Notes under the pieces: generated by a model
Told to the model about the DNA's origin: nothing
What the model saw: only the letters and a program-made list of their open reading frames with translations
The model's database searches: none
Translations under genes and position numbers: made by a program
Assembly: GCA_963664395.2 (NCBI GenBank)
Contig: OY761159.2
Coordinates: 2,496,001 to 2,560,000 of the forward strand
DNA length: 64,000 nucleotides
Source of the DNA: Candidatus Binatia bacterium
GTDB lineage: Bacteria > Desulfobacterota > Binatia > Bin18
Reading direction: 5' to 3'
Part shown: in pieces, positions 28,718-39,498 of the stretch
Numbering within the stretch: position 1 is the stretch's first letter
Layout of the letters: each line of letters begins with the position of its first letter

Positions 28718-29173
28718 ATGGCAGAGGACAGCCCACCACTGGGCCGGCTGGATCACGTCGGCATTGCCGTGCGTAGCATCGAACAGGCCCGGACATTTTT
28801 TGAGGGAATACTCGGGGCAAAGTTTGTGTTTGAACGTGTTGAACGGAGTGGCACTTTTCGCTTTATGGTTTTTGATCTCCAGGGCTTCACGATCGAACTG
28901 TTGGAGCCGATCGCTCCGGACGGCTTTCTCGCCAAGTTCCTCGAAAAGCGGGGCGAGGGCGTGCACCATATTACGCTCCAAACCCCGGACCTCAAAGAAA
29001 AAGTATCGTTTCTGGAGGGGAAGGGGGTACGCGTGGTCGATAAGCATCTGGATGAGTCGGATTTTCGTGACGCTTTTATCTCGCCGAAAAGCGCGTGTGG
29101 CGTGCTGTTTCAGCTCAGCGATACCAAACCACCGCTCGATACCGAGCCGTACTGGAAACGGGGAAAATTGTAG
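28718..29173 (+). CDS. Methylmalonyl-CoA epimerase-like VOC protein
   Basis: LDHVGIAV, IELLEP, KFLEKRGEGVHHI, FISPKS..GVL.QL; AGGAGG RBS. Confidence 0.8.
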   Translation: MAEDSPPLGRLDHVGIAVRSIEQARTFFEGILGAKFVFERVERSGTFRFMVFDLQGFTIELLEPIAPDGFLAKFLEKRGEGVHHITLQTPDLKEKVSFLEGKGVRVVDKHLDESDFRDAFISPKSACGVLFQLSDTKPPLDTEPYWKRGKL

Positions 29174-29225
29174 GGGCAACCCCCTGTGGTTGCCCTGTTT
29201 GGGCAGGCACAGGGGCCTCCCCTAC
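29170..29225. repeat. GTAG-family REP doublet
   Basis: GTAGGGGCAACCCCCTGTGGTTGCCC...GGGCAGGCACAGGGGCCTCCCCTAC. Confidence 0.75.
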
Positions 29226-29231
29226 CCGATC

Positions 29232-31364
29232 ATGAACGTCAAACGCGCCCTGATTCTGGCCCCTCTGATACTGATTGCGCTCTTGTTGCAGTCGTATTTC
29301 TGGGTTCCGAGCTATGAAAAGCAGTCCGTGGGAAATCCTGCCCGGCTGCGCACCTATATCGAGGGTTCCATTGCCGACGCCAAGATTCTTAATCCTATTC
29401 TGAACGCAGATGGAGCGAGCAGTCGCATTACGGATTTCATATTTGACGGCCTGCTCGATATGGACGAGAACCTGAACCTGCGCGGACGGCTGGCTACTGA
29501 TTGGTCGATTACCGAAAAAGCCTATCTGCTTGCCCGGCCCGAGATGACACTACCGGACGGTAGCCCTGCGACTGGAGAACGGCTGGTCGAGGTCATCTCT
29601 CTTGCTCGGGTGAATGGCCACCTGCACGAACTGGACGGTGTGCTGCTTTCAATACGGCTTTTGCCTGCCGAAGAAAAAATCGAGACCCTCACCATTATTG
29701 AACCAGACGAGCAGGGACGCCCGCCGCCAACACCGATTGAAGTTGCTATTCGTACTCCGCAGCGTGTTGAGTTCACCTTACGCACAGTCGATCAAGATCT
29801 CTTTACGCGTCTTACCCCGATACTGGGCGAAGCCTATTTCCAGGACTTCCCCTACGCCGATCACATCATGGTTGCAGAGGCGGCCCAGCGTGAGCAGATT
29901 GAGAAAGTCCAGCCGCAGTTTCCAGCGTTATTACCCGTGGCGGAGCATAACCCGATTATCCTGTTTCATTTGCGCCAGGATGTCCGCTTTCATGATGGAC
30001 ATCCGTTCGACGCCGGCGATGTCAAATTTACGTATGAAGCCATTATGAACCCGCGTAATATCTCGCCCCGGACGTCGGACTATGAGCCAATTAAGCGTGT
30101 TGACATTCTTGATCCGCATACGGTCCAAGTCACGTATAAGCGCCTGTATTCGCCAGCCATTAACGCCTGGACGCTGGGCATTCTGCCCGAGCATTTGCTG
30201 CATGCCGCTGCGCTCGAAAAAGAAATGGCTGAGCGAGGATTGTCGGACGCGGCGCGGGCGAGTTTTGGCATGCGCGACAGCCAATTCAACCGTCGGCCGG
30301 TCGGAGCCGGTCCATTCCGGTTTGTCGAATGGCAGGGGGACGAGTTTATCCATCTCACTCGCAATGCAGACTATTGGGAACGCAGCCCTGAATATGAACA
30401 GTATTATTTCCGCGTCATTCCCGAGCTGCTGACCCAAGAGGTTGAATTCAAGAGCGGCGCCATCGACATCTATGGCGTGCAACCCCATCAGGTGGCGCGC
30501 TACAAACAAGAGGAGGCGTATCAGTCTTTTTCCAGCTCGGGTTTTGGCTATTCCTATATCGGCTATAACAATCGCAACCCCCTGTTTGCCGATAAGCGGG
30601 TGCGGCGCGCGCTTGGCATGGCCCTTAATGTCGATGAGATCATTACCTATCTGTTGTACGGAGAAGGCGAACAGATCACCGGGCCATACCCGCGCCAAAC
30701 CGAGTGGTATAACCCGACAATCACTCCCCTCCCGTATGACCCGGAGGGCGCCCAACGCCTGCTCGAAGAAGTTGGTTGGCAACGTAACGCCGAAGGCTGG
30801 TTGGAGAAGGCTGGACAGCTCTTTGAGTTCAACCTGATTACGAACAACGGCAACCTGATTCGTGCCAATATCATGACCATCGCTCAGGACGCCTGGAAAA
30901 AGATCGGGGTAAAATGTCATACCCAGGTCTTTGAGTGGGCGGTTTTCCTCCAGGACTTCGTCAATACCGGTTCGTTTGATGCGGTTGTCCTGGGCTGGAG
31001 TATGGGCATCGATCCCGACTTGTATCAAATTTTTCATTCCAGTCAGGCCGGCCCTCAGCAGTTGAATTTCGTTGGCTATAACAGCCCGGCAGCGGATGAG
31101 CTGATCGTCCGTATTCGCCAAGAATATGACCGCGACCAACAACGCGCCTTGGCCCATCGCCTGCATGCAGTCATCGCACAAGACCAACCCTACACCTTTC
31201 TGTATGTTGGGCTGGCCACGCGCGTCCTGGACAAAAAAATTGTCCTGGTCGAGAGAGAGGACGCCGGGCATGAACGCTATGAAAAAATTTACCCAACCAA
31301 GAGCGGCAGTATTTCTTTTTACTTCAACAAGTGGCGCAAGCTTGAATTAACGCCTGACTGGTAA
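29232..31364 (+). CDS. Peptide/nickel ABC transporter substrate-binding protein
   Basis: LNPIL..D, LRQDVRFHDGHPF.A.DVKFT, PVGAGPFRF, RVRRAL; N-terminal TM helix from MNVKR. Confidence 0.9.
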   Translation: MNVKRALILAPLILIALLLQSYFWVPSYEKQSVGNPARLRTYIEGSIADAKILNPILNADGASSRITDFIFDGLLDMDENLNLRGRLATDWSITEKAYLLARPEMTLPDGSPATGERLVEVISLARVNGHLHELDGVLLSIRLLPAEEKIETLTIIEPDEQGRPPPTPIEVAIRTPQRVEFTLRTVDQDLFTRLTPILGEAYFQDFPYADHIMVAEAAQREQIEKVQPQFPALLPVAEHNPIILFHLRQDVRFHDGHPFDAGDVKFTYEAIMNPRNISPRTSDYEPIKRVDILDPHTVQVTYKRLYSPAINAWTLGILPEHLLHAAALEKEMAERGLSDAARASFGMRDSQFNRRPVGAGPFRFVEWQGDEFIHLTRNADYWERSPEYEQYYFRVIPELLTQEVEFKSGAIDIYGVQPHQVARYKQEEAYQSFSSSGFGYSYIGYNNRNPLFADKRVRRALGMALNVDEIITYLLYGEGEQITGPYPRQTEWYNPTITPLPYDPEGAQRLLEEVGWQRNAEGWLEKAGQLFEFNLITNNGNLIRANIMTIAQDAWKKIGVKCHTQVFEWAVFLQDFVNTGSFDAVVLGWSMGIDPDLYQIFHSSQAGPQQLNFVGYNSPAADELIVRIRQEYDRDQQRALAHRLHAVIAQDQPYTFLYVGLATRVLDKKIVLVEREDAGHERYEKIYPTKSGSISFYFNKWRKLELTPDW

Positions 31365-31390
31365 GACGGACTGCTGCAAACGGCTGACTC

Positions 31391-32353
31391 ATGTGGGCTT
31401 TTCTCTTTCGCGCGATCCTCCAGCGTCTTGTTTTATTAGTCATTATTTCGATGATCGCCTTCTCGATCGTCCACCTTGCTCCGGGTGAACCCAGTGAAGT
31501 AGACCCGGCCAATCCTCGCATGAAGCCTGAGGACATTGCGCGCATTCGCGCCGCGTTCCATTTGGATGAACCGCTCTATTTGCAGTACACCTATTGGCTG
31601 CGTGACCTGGCAACCGGCGAGCTGAAATCGTTTAAGGACAGTCAGCCGGTCCTGCCGAAAATCTGGCGCCGGTTTCTCAACTCTCTCCCGCTCTTCATCT
31701 GTGCCACGCTCATTGTGTGGAGTCTGTCTTTTCCGACCGGCATTCAGGCCGCCGTCCAGCGTGGCTCGCCATTTGATCGCTCCACGACATTTGTTGCGTA
31801 TGCCTTCATATCCATCCCAGGCTTCTTTCTGTCCTATCTCGCCATTCAATGGGTCGTGGACATCTTTAACGTTCCCATCATAGGCATGCGCACCTTTGGC
31901 ATGGAAAACGCACCGCCCGTCTTTCGCTGGATGGACCGGCTGTGGCATCTTGTTGTTCCATCCTTAATGTCAGCGATTGCCGGCATTGCCATTCTGTCCC
32001 GCTATGTCCGCTCTCAAATGCTCGAAGTGATCCGTCAAGACTATGTGCGCACCGCGCGGGCAAAAGGGCTGACAGAAGAGAGCGTGATTTACCGCCATGC
32101 CTTGCGCAACGCCTTGTTGCCGTTTGTGACAATGTTTGGTTTTTTGTTGCCGGGACTCATAGGCGGCTCAGTGATCTTTGAACAGATCTTTGCCTGGCCG
32201 GGACTCGGGCGGCTTGGCTACGAGGCGATTCTCGCCCGGGATTTCCCTGTCATCCTGACCATTAACTTTATTGCCGCAGCTCTGACATTGGTCGGCACCC
32301 TCGTTTCAGACGTACTCTATGCCGTTGTCGATCCACGCATTCGGTTGCAATAG
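31391..32353 (+). CDS. Peptide ABC permease (OppB/DppB-like)
   Basis: DYVRTARAKGL...HALRNA, EQIFAWPGLG, DPRIR. Confidence 0.92.
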   Translation: MWAFLFRAILQRLVLLVIISMIAFSIVHLAPGEPSEVDPANPRMKPEDIARIRAAFHLDEPLYLQYTYWLRDLATGELKSFKDSQPVLPKIWRRFLNSLPLFICATLIVWSLSFPTGIQAAVQRGSPFDRSTTFVAYAFISIPGFFLSYLAIQWVVDIFNVPIIGMRTFGMENAPPVFRWMDRLWHLVVPSLMSAIAGIAILSRYVRSQMLEVIRQDYVRTARAKGLTEESVIYRHALRNALLPFVTMFGFLLPGLIGGSVIFEQIFAWPGLGRLGYEAILARDFPVILTINFIAAALTLVGTLVSDVLYAVVDPRIRLQ

Positions 32354-32355
32354 CC

Positions 32356-33342
32356 ATGGCTGAATTGACTCATATTGCTCATAGCGTAGCGCTTGAAGGG
32401 GAGTCTGCGCTGCCGAAACCGGAAACCCCGATTCAGGAAGCCTGGCGTATCTTTCAGCAAGATCGGCTCGCCCTGAGTGGCCTGGTCGTTCTTGCCCTGC
32501 TGGTAGCCCTGGCCGTTGCCGGGAAGGTGTTGACTGAATGGATTATTATTTTTGATCCAGCCACTGTGCGCTTGCCGGATAAATTCCTGCCGCCTCTTTC
32601 CTCTGTCTCCCCCGACCTCATTCCAGCCGCCCACCACCCTTTTGGGGGCATCTATCTGCTCGGGACGGACGAACTGGGCCGGGATGTGTTTGCGCGTATA
32701 TTGCAGGGCTCGTTTGTGTCCTTATCGATCGGGTTTATTGCGGTCAGCATCTCTGTCACGATCGGCATTATTCTCGGCGGCCTGTCCGGCTTCTATGGCA
32801 ACCTCAAGCTCGGCCCGATCTCGGTCGATACGCTCATCATGCGTTTTACCGATATTATGCTGTGCTTTCCGACGTTTTTTCTGATTCTGACGGTCGTAGC
32901 CCTCCTCCCGCCGAGCATTTACAACATCATGATTGTGATTGGTTTGACCAGCTGGATGACGACCGCGCGTTTTGTCCGCGCCGAGTTTCTCACCCTGCGT
33001 GAGCAGGACTTTGTAGTCGCCGCCCAAGCCCTGGGCTTACCGGAAAGCCGGATTATCTTTCGGCACATGGTCCCCAACGCTATCGCCCCGGTGTTGGTCT
33101 CGGCCACGATTGGGGTGGCCGGTGCCATTCTGACCGAGTCGGGTCTCAGCTTTCTCGGATTTGGGGTGCAGCCACCGTATGCGACCTGGGGGAATATTCT
33201 TGCCAGCGGCAGAGGATTTATCTTTGATGCGCCGTGGTTGTTCTTTATTCCCGGCATCGCCATTTTTGTCGTTGTCCTCGCGTTTAACCTTGTTGGCGAG
33301 GGCCTGCGCGAGGCGCTCAACCCCCGGCTGCGAAATCGCTAA
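32356..33342 (+). CDS. Peptide ABC permease (OppC/DppC-like)
   Basis: [33 protein letters not shown]. Confidence 0.92.
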   Translation: MAELTHIAHSVALEGESALPKPETPIQEAWRIFQQDRLALSGLVVLALLVALAVAGKVLTEWIIIFDPATVRLPDKFLPPLSSVSPDLIPAAHHPFGGIYLLGTDELGRDVFARILQGSFVSLSIGFIAVSISVTIGIILGGLSGFYGNLKLGPISVDTLIMRFTDIMLCFPTFFLILTVVALLPPSIYNIMIVIGLTSWMTTARFVRAEFLTLREQDFVVAAQALGLPESRIIFRHMVPNAIAPVLVSATIGVAGAILTESGLSFLGFGVQPPYATWGNILASGRGFIFDAPWLFFIPGIAIFVVVLAFNLVGEGLREALNPRLRNR

Positions 33343-33347
33343 ACAGA

Positions 33348-34331
33348 ATGGCAGAGCCTCTTCTCACTATTTCCGACCTGCACGTCTCATTCTTCACAGA
33401 TAAAGGCGAAGTCAGAGCTGTGCGTGGGATTGATCTTGAGGTCCAGCCGGGCCAGACCCTGGCTCTCGTCGGTGAGTCGGGCTGTGGCAAGTCTGCAACC
33501 GCCCTGGCGATTATGCGCCTCATTGAATCTCCCGGGCGTATCGTCGCCGGCTCTCTTGCGTACAATGGTCGAGACCTCGCTCGGCTATCCGAGGCCGAGC
33601 TGCGCTCCATTCGCGGCAAGTCCATCGGGATGATCTTCCAAGAGCCCATGACCTCGCTGAATCCAGTCTTCACCATTGGCAATCAGATCGGCGAAGTGTT
33701 GCAACTCCATCAAGGACTATCTGTACGGGCGGCCAGCCAAGAAGCCGCGCGGTTACTGGAAACGGTTGGGATTCCCTCTCCGGTGCAACGGCTCGCACAC
33801 TATCCGCACGAGCTGTCCGGGGGGATGAAACAACGAGTGATGATCGCCATGGCGCTGGCCTGCCGGCCGGATTTGTTAATTGCCGACGAACCAACCACAG
33901 CCCTGGATGTCACGGTCCAGGCTCAGATTCTCGATTTGCTCAAACGACTCCAGGATGAGATGGGCATGGCGATTTTGCTGATTACGCATAATCTCGGTGT
34001 CGTGGCGCAGTTCGCCCAGGACGTTGCGGTCATGTATGCGGGAAAAATCATCGAACGCACCCAGGTTCGTCCACTGTTTCACAACCCACTGCATCCCTAC
34101 ACCCAGGCGTTGCTCCAAGCCGTACCGCGGCGCGGCCACCGCTCCGAACGTCTGGCTGCCATCACAGGCACCGTGCCTTCGCCGTTGCAGTATCCGCCGG
34201 GCTGCGCCTTTGCCGCTCGCTGTCCGGCGGTGCTCGATTTCTGTGCGAACAAACAGCCGGCGCTGCTTGCGGTTGAGCCCGGCCATGAAGCGTCATGCTG
34301 GTTGCACGAGAAAACCGAGGATGGGGATTAG
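33348..34331 (+). CDS. Peptide ABC ATPase (OppD-like)
   Basis: [34 protein letters not shown]. Confidence 0.93.
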   Translation: MAEPLLTISDLHVSFFTDKGEVRAVRGIDLEVQPGQTLALVGESGCGKSATALAIMRLIESPGRIVAGSLAYNGRDLARLSEAELRSIRGKSIGMIFQEPMTSLNPVFTIGNQIGEVLQLHQGLSVRAASQEAARLLETVGIPSPVQRLAHYPHELSGGMKQRVMIAMALACRPDLLIADEPTTALDVTVQAQILDLLKRLQDEMGMAILLITHNLGVVAQFAQDVAVMYAGKIIERTQVRPLFHNPLHPYTQALLQAVPRRGHRSERLAAITGTVPSPLQYPPGCAFAARCPAVLDFCANKQPALLAVEPGHEASCWLHEKTEDGD

Positions 34332-34370
34332 AGATTGGGGTTTAGGGGCTGGGGAAACGGAAAGGGCGCT

Positions 34371-35390
34371 ATGACAATGGACACTACCCAATCTCCTCTC
34401 GTTTCTCCCCAATCCCCCCTATTGGAAATTCGCAACCTCAAGAAATACTTCCCGGTCCGCAGCGGTGTCTTCTCGCGCGTCTCAGCCTGGGTCAGAGCGG
34501 TTGATGATGTGTCATTTGCTATTCAAGCGCGGGAAACGTTTGGATTAGTCGGCGAGTCAGGCTGTGGAAAAACTACGGTAGGCCGGACTCTCCTGCGGTT
34601 GATCGAGCCAACTGACGGAGCAGTATTTTTTCAAGGCCGAGACTTCTGTCAGCTCACGCCCGCGCAGGTGCGTCAGGCGCGGCAACAGATGCAGATCATT
34701 TTTCAAGACCCGTATAGCTCACTGAATCCGCGGATGACGGTTGGCGCGATTATCGGTGAGGCGCTCAAAGTGCATGGCCTTGCGCAGGGAGAGGCATTAG
34801 ATCGTCGGGTCAGCACTCTGTTAGAACGGGTCGGCCTCTCACTAACGTATCGGTCACGCTATCCGCACGAATTTTCTGGTGGGCAACGGCAACGGATTGG
34901 CATTGCACGCGCGTTAGCCCTGAACCCGCAATTTATCGTGTGTGACGAGCCGGTCTCTGCGCTGGACGTTTCCATTCAAGCCCAGATTCTTAACCTGCTC
35001 CAGGATCTGCAAAACGATCTGGGGCTCTCGTATTTATTTATCTCGCACGACTTGAACGTGGTGGAACATATCGCCGACCGGGTGGCCGTGATGTATCTCG
35101 GCAAGCTGGTTGAAGTCGCTCCGGTCAACGAACTCTTTCGCAATCCCCAGCACCCGTACACCGTGGCGCTCATGTCGGCCAATCCCGTCCCCGACCCGAC
35201 GGTCCCGACCCAACGGACCGTTCTGACGGGCGACGTGCCTTCGCCCCTGAATCCGCCGTCAGGCTGCGCGTTTCACACCCGTTGTCCCCAGGCTATGGAG
35301 CGCTGCAAGACCGTACCGCCGCCGCTGGTCCGCAGCGGGCAGGGGACGGCCGAGCATAGCGTCTGGTGCCATTTATACGCGCCTGATTAA
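34371..35390 (+). CDS. Peptide ABC ATPase (OppF-like)
   Basis: [28 protein letters not shown]. Confidence 0.93.
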   Translation: MTMDTTQSPLVSPQSPLLEIRNLKKYFPVRSGVFSRVSAWVRAVDDVSFAIQARETFGLVGESGCGKTTVGRTLLRLIEPTDGAVFFQGRDFCQLTPAQVRQARQQMQIIFQDPYSSLNPRMTVGAIIGEALKVHGLAQGEALDRRVSTLLERVGLSLTYRSRYPHEFSGGQRQRIGIARALALNPQFIVCDEPVSALDVSIQAQILNLLQDLQNDLGLSYLFISHDLNVVEHIADRVAVMYLGKLVEVAPVNELFRNPQHPYTVALMSANPVPDPTVPTQRTVLTGDVPSPLNPPSGCAFHTRCPQAMERCKTVPPPLVRSGQGTAEHSVWCHLYAPD

Positions 35391-35509
35391 GGGAAGGATG
35401 TTGACGGTAGCCGGAAGCGCTCGCCCGCCCAGTGTAAGCTGGTAATTCCCCCCAAACGATGGAGCAATGCTTTAGGTTGCTTTTCCTGAATCCTGATAAC
35501 GGAGGGGGA

Positions 35510-36130
35510 TTACTTGCCTTTCTTCTCCTCTTTCTCGTCAGCGTCTTTCTTTCGGCTGGAAATCACCTGATCGATCACGCCGTAATCCAACGCCTGCTTG
35601 GAGGTCATGAACATATCCCGGTCGGTATCTTTTTCGATTTTCTTTATGGTCTGACCGGTATGCTTCATCAGAATGCTGTTGAGCGCTTCCCGTATGCGCA
35701 GCACTTCTCTGGCATGGATGTCGATGTCGGTTGCTTGTCCCTGCACGCCGCCGAGGGGTTGGTGCAACATGATACGAGAATGCGGCAGGGCAAACCGTTT
35801 TCCTGCTGCCCCGGCGGTCAGGAGCACTGCGCCCATGCTGGCCGCCTGCCCAACACACATGGTAGAGACGTTGGGGGTGACGTATTGCATGGTGTCGTAA
35901 ATAGCCAACCCGGCAGTCACTGAGCCCCCTGGCGAGTTGATATACAAGTGAATGTCCTTCTCAGGATCTTCAGATTCGAGGAAGAGGAGTTGCGCTGCGA
36001 TCACATCAGCGACCGGATCGTTGATCTCGGAGCCGAGAAAAATAATCCGGTCTTTCAGCAAGCGGGAATAAATGTCATAGGTCCGTTCACCACGACCGGT
36101 CTGTTCGACAACGTAGGGTACATAATTCAT
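35510..36130 (-). CDS. clpP: ATP-dependent Clp protease proteolytic subunit
   Basis: [34 protein letters not shown]. Confidence 0.97.
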   Translation of the reverse strand: MNYVPYVVEQTGRGERTYDIYSRLLKDRIIFLGSEINDPVADVIAAQLLFLESEDPEKDIHLYINSPGGSVTAGLAIYDTMQYVTPNVSTMCVGQAASMGAVLLTAGAAGKRFALPHSRIMLHQPLGGVQGQATDIDIHAREVLRIREALNSILMKHTGQTIKKIEKDTDRDMFMTSKQALDYGVIDQVISSRKKDADEKEEKKGK

Positions 36131-36268
36131 AATAGACGCATCCTAATCATTTATGGGTGTCAGAGCAACTTCCCTATCATCGATATTGAAAGTCTGCTCC
36201 AAAGCGCGCAGTAACATCTGGCCGTCCGGGGCTGCGAAGCGGATGATCGAAGATTACAGGAGGGGTAA

Positions 36269-36400
36269 ATGAGCGTGGCATTCGACAAGGTGATAGCCGG
36301 GCTGAAGGATGCCCGCGCCTACTTGAACGGCACGCGCGACGGTTTGTCGCGCATGAAGTCAAGGTGCCCGAGCCTGACGTGGCCGCCATTTGGGCCACAC
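36269..36400 (+). pseudogene. Truncated HTH antitoxin N-terminus, possibly preceded by a toxin 3' stub
   Basis: AGGAGG RBS, then MSVAFDKVIAGLKDARAYLNGTRDG, a frameshift, and VAHEVKVPEPDVAAI. It stops before the HTH. Confidence 0.5.
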
Positions 36401-36537
36401 GCAGGTGCAGACGACCGCGCGCTGTATGGATGACGAACAATTAGGTCACAACGCACTTGCCCATAAGGCTATCGACATTTTCACTGGAACGCACTTTATC
36501 AGCATTTTAATGAAAAATATTATTTGAGCGAAACCCC

Positions 36538-36600
36538 TTGATATTTTTCACTATAATTCATATTTTCATCGTGTGATGAAAGTTGGACAAACAGTGAAAG
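36538..36600 (+). promoter_or_regulatory. Putative sigma70 promoter overlapped by inverted repeats (operator)
   Basis: TTGATA-17-TATTTT; palindrome TTTCATC-gtgt-GATGAAA at 36564-36581; outer TTTCACT/AGTGAAA pair. Confidence 0.5.
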
Positions 36601-37688
36601 AAATAGAAATCATGGCCGTGGACGCTGTCCGCGACTTGCTCGGCCGTGTGCCGAACATAGACATCAGCGAGGTTCGCCAAGAGCAGATTGTGGCGTCCGA
36701 CTACCGCATTTACCAGATTGATGGGTGGATTGCCTTTAGCCATGGCGGTATGAATTATGCGCTCATCATAGAGATCAAAGCAAATGGGTCACCGCGCTTT
36801 GCCCGATCTGCCGTCTATCAACTCGAGAGCTTCATGGCGCATTTGCATCAATCTGATCGCCAGGACGTCACCCGACAGTTCATCCCGATGCTGGTCAGTT
36901 CCTACCTGTCTCCGGAGTCGCGGTCGATCTGCACCGATCACAATGTCGCTTACCTCGATCTTGTCGGTAACGCACACCTCGATTTCGACAACGTCTATAT
37001 CGAGCGATCCGTCGCAGACAGACCAAGGTCCGAAACGCGCGCTCTGCGGTCAATATTCACCCCGAAGGCAGCCGCTATCTTGCGGGTCCTCCTTCGCGAT
37101 CCAGACCGGGCATGGCGTATTACCGACTTGGCCGAAGCAGCCAATGCGAGCCTCGGCCACGTGAGCAACGTTCGCAAAGCCCTGCTTGCACGGGAGTGGA
37201 TCGAAAAACAGCACGACGGCGTCGTCTTGGTCCAGCCGGAGGCGCTATTGAAGACATGGCGCGAGAATTACCGCCAGCCGGCTGGTCACCGCATCAGCGG
37301 ATACACGCATCTCCACGGGGAACAACTCGGCAAGCGATTGTCGGGAAAACTAAATCCGCACCCACAGCGTCCGCGCGCAATTTATTCGTCAAACTCGGCC
37401 GCTCAATGGCTTGCGCCCTTTGCCCGGGGCGGCACACATAGTTTCTACGGCGACGAACCCGGCGCTCGCATGCTGAAAGAAACGTTGAAGCTGACTCATG
37501 CCGCAAAGGGGGCGAATGTCATCCTGCGTATCCCGAATGATGAGAGTCTGTTCGAAGACGCTGTTCAGCCGGCGTCGGGCATTTTCTGCACCAGTCCGAT
37601 CATTACCTACCTCGATCTGTGGAACGGCAACGATCGAGACCGTGAGGCCGCCGACCATATGGCCACGAAGTACTTTCCATGGTCATGA
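36573..37688 (+). CDS. AbiEi-like antitoxin/regulator with N-terminal PD-(D/E)XK-like and wHTH regions
   Basis: IDG...IIEIK, YLDLVGNAHL, HTH WRITDLAEAANASLGHVSNV, GANV.L, SPI..YLDL....R..EAA. Confidence 0.7.
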   Translation: MMKVGQTVKEIEIMAVDAVRDLLGRVPNIDISEVRQEQIVASDYRIYQIDGWIAFSHGGMNYALIIEIKANGSPRFARSAVYQLESFMAHLHQSDRQDVTRQFIPMLVSSYLSPESRSICTDHNVAYLDLVGNAHLDFDNVYIERSVADRPRSETRALRSIFTPKAAAILRVLLRDPDRAWRITDLAEAANASLGHVSNVRKALLAREWIEKQHDGVVLVQPEALLKTWRENYRQPAGHRISGYTHLHGEQLGKRLSGKLNPHPQRPRAIYSSNSAAQWLAPFARGGTHSFYGDEPGARMLKETLKLTHAAKGANVILRIPNDESLFEDAVQPASGIFCTSPIITYLDLWNGNDRDREAADHMATKYFPWS

Positions 37689-38536
37689 GAGAACCTCAAT
37701 CCGCCGCCGACTATGATGACCGGACGACAACGGCGGTCAAATCCGTACTGATCGAGATCGGCCAGATCCTCGGCAGCTTTGAAGGCAAGTTTGCGATCAT
37801 CGGCGGCGCCGTTCCTTGGCTGTTGCTGAGCGAAGCGGACATGCCCCATATCGGCACCGGAGACGTGGACCTCTGTCTCGACCCCTCCGCCCTGGGCGAC
37901 GGCGAATATGTTCGACTTGTCGAAGCCCTCCAGCAACATGGCTACAATCAACGGGGTAATCTTCGGCGCTTTCAACTCGTACGCACCGTACCCGCCTCGG
38001 ACGACGGGTCCGACATCGATGTCGTCGTCGACTTCCTAATGCCACGTGACGCTGAGATCACAAAAAATACGCCGCCGCTTATCAGCCAGTTTGCCGTCCA
38101 GCGTGCCGACGGCGTCGACCTAGCGCTCAGGTTCTACCAGATGGTCGCCGTCGAAGGCGATATGCCCGATGGCGGCAGCAATCGCGTTCGCATCGCCGTG
38201 GCGTCGATTCCTGCTCTGCTGGCCATGAAAGGTTATGCCATCACCAATCGTCTGAAACACAAGGACGCCTATGACATCTACTATTGCGTCCGAAATTTTC
38301 CGGATGGCGTCGATGCTCTCGTCGAGGTGACACTGCCGTTTCTTGACGTTGAAACAGCCCGGCAAGGCTACTGTCTGATCTCGGACAAATTCCGTAACGT
38401 TGATGATTTCGGGCCGACCAGTGTCAGAATATTCGTGGAAGGTTCCGATGTGCTTGGTGATCGCACAGCGGATCAGTGGCAGCAGGACGCCTTTGGGCAG
38501 GTTGACGCTTGGCTCGGAGGGCTTGGCTTGAGGTAA
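37679..38536 (+). CDS. Nucleotidyltransferase (AbiEii-like toxin)
   Basis: IIGGAVP...HIGTGDVD, VVDFL, LLAMKG.A...R...KDAYDI; overlaps the upstream gene. Confidence 0.75.
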   Translation: MVMREPQSAADYDDRTTTAVKSVLIEIGQILGSFEGKFAIIGGAVPWLLLSEADMPHIGTGDVDLCLDPSALGDGEYVRLVEALQQHGYNQRGNLRRFQLVRTVPASDDGSDIDVVVDFLMPRDAEITKNTPPLISQFAVQRADGVDLALRFYQMVAVEGDMPDGGSNRVRIAVASIPALLAMKGYAITNRLKHKDAYDIYYCVRNFPDGVDALVEVTLPFLDVETARQGYCLISDKFRNVDDFGPTSVRIFVEGSDVLGDRTADQWQQDAFGQVDAWLGGLGLR

Positions 38537-38539
38537 TCC

Positions 38540-39439
38540 ATGCAAAGGGCGTCAAATAGCAGGATACGTAGTATGGACATGCCGATCATCGACAGGGTGT
38601 TCGGTATGGAAGGCGGCTTGGTGCTCAATTTTTTCGATAGGACCTTCGCCGAGTTCTTTCACGAAGAACTCCAGGTTGGTATCGACGATCCGCGTTGGGC
38701 CGCTCAGGGTAGAAGCAAGGCAAAGCGCCTGCGCTACTACTTGAGGCAGGCGGACCGACGAACAGCGCTTGATACGCTGAATGCGCTATGGAAGTACCGT
38801 GAAGCGAGCAGTGTGACCCATGACTATGCGAAGCTTGAAGACTCGGTACGGCTTGCATTCTTCAGGATCATTGAACGGCTCGGGGGCAAGCCACCAGCAC
38901 ACGAAGTATCTACCGCTACGCCGTCCGAACCGCGGATTGATGAAGTGGCGGCCTCATCTCTTGCTGGTCGTTTGCTTGATCTCTCCAAGATACAGCCACA
39001 GGCCCGCGGCTATGCGTTCGAGAAGTTTTTGAAGGACATGTTTGACGCATACGGGTTGTCCGCACGCGCCTCCTTCCGCCTAGTGGGTGAGCAGATCGAC
39101 GGCAGTTTTGTTTTGGGAAATGACACCTATTTGCTTGAAGCGAAATGGACTAATTCTCTAACCGGTGTGGAGACGCTTCGCTCTTTCAACGCCAAGGTCG
39201 AGGACAAGGCGACATGGTCACGCGGCCTTCTTTTGAGCCATAGCGGCTTCACACCTGAAGGGCTCGCTGCATTCGGACGCGGCAAAAGCGTTGTTTGCAT
39301 GGATGGCCGTGATTTATATGACATCTTGTCGCGTCGGCTTGACTTTGCGGCCACGCTCGCGATGAAGGTTCGGTGGGCGGCCGAAACAGGCCAACTCTTC
39401 GTAAGTGTGAGCGCCCTCGTTCCCCCGTCCAATCTCTGA
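38540..39439 (+). CDS. Mrr-like restriction endonuclease with N-terminal helical domain
   Basis: RGYAFE..L..MF, EQIDGSF...YLLEAKW, GL..S.SGFT, V.MDG.DL. Confidence 0.8.
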   Translation: MQRASNSRIRSMDMPIIDRVFGMEGGLVLNFFDRTFAEFFHEELQVGIDDPRWAAQGRSKAKRLRYYLRQADRRTALDTLNALWKYREASSVTHDYAKLEDSVRLAFFRIIERLGGKPPAHEVSTATPSEPRIDEVAASSLAGRLLDLSKIQPQARGYAFEKFLKDMFDAYGLSARASFRLVGEQIDGSFVLGNDTYLLEAKWTNSLTGVETLRSFNAKVEDKATWSRGLLLSHSGFTPEGLAAFGRGKSVVCMDGRDLYDILSRRLDFAATLAMKVRWAAETGQLFVSVSALVPPSNL

Positions 39440-39498
39440 AAATCAGTACCTTTGCTTTTCCGTACGTGTCATCGATATCAGGTAGTCCTTCTTATTCT

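Noticed and set aside
28764-29231. N-terminal extension of the 866-aa ABC substrate-binding ORF
   Set aside because: It overlaps the epimerase gene and a REP element. The real start is likely ATG 29232.
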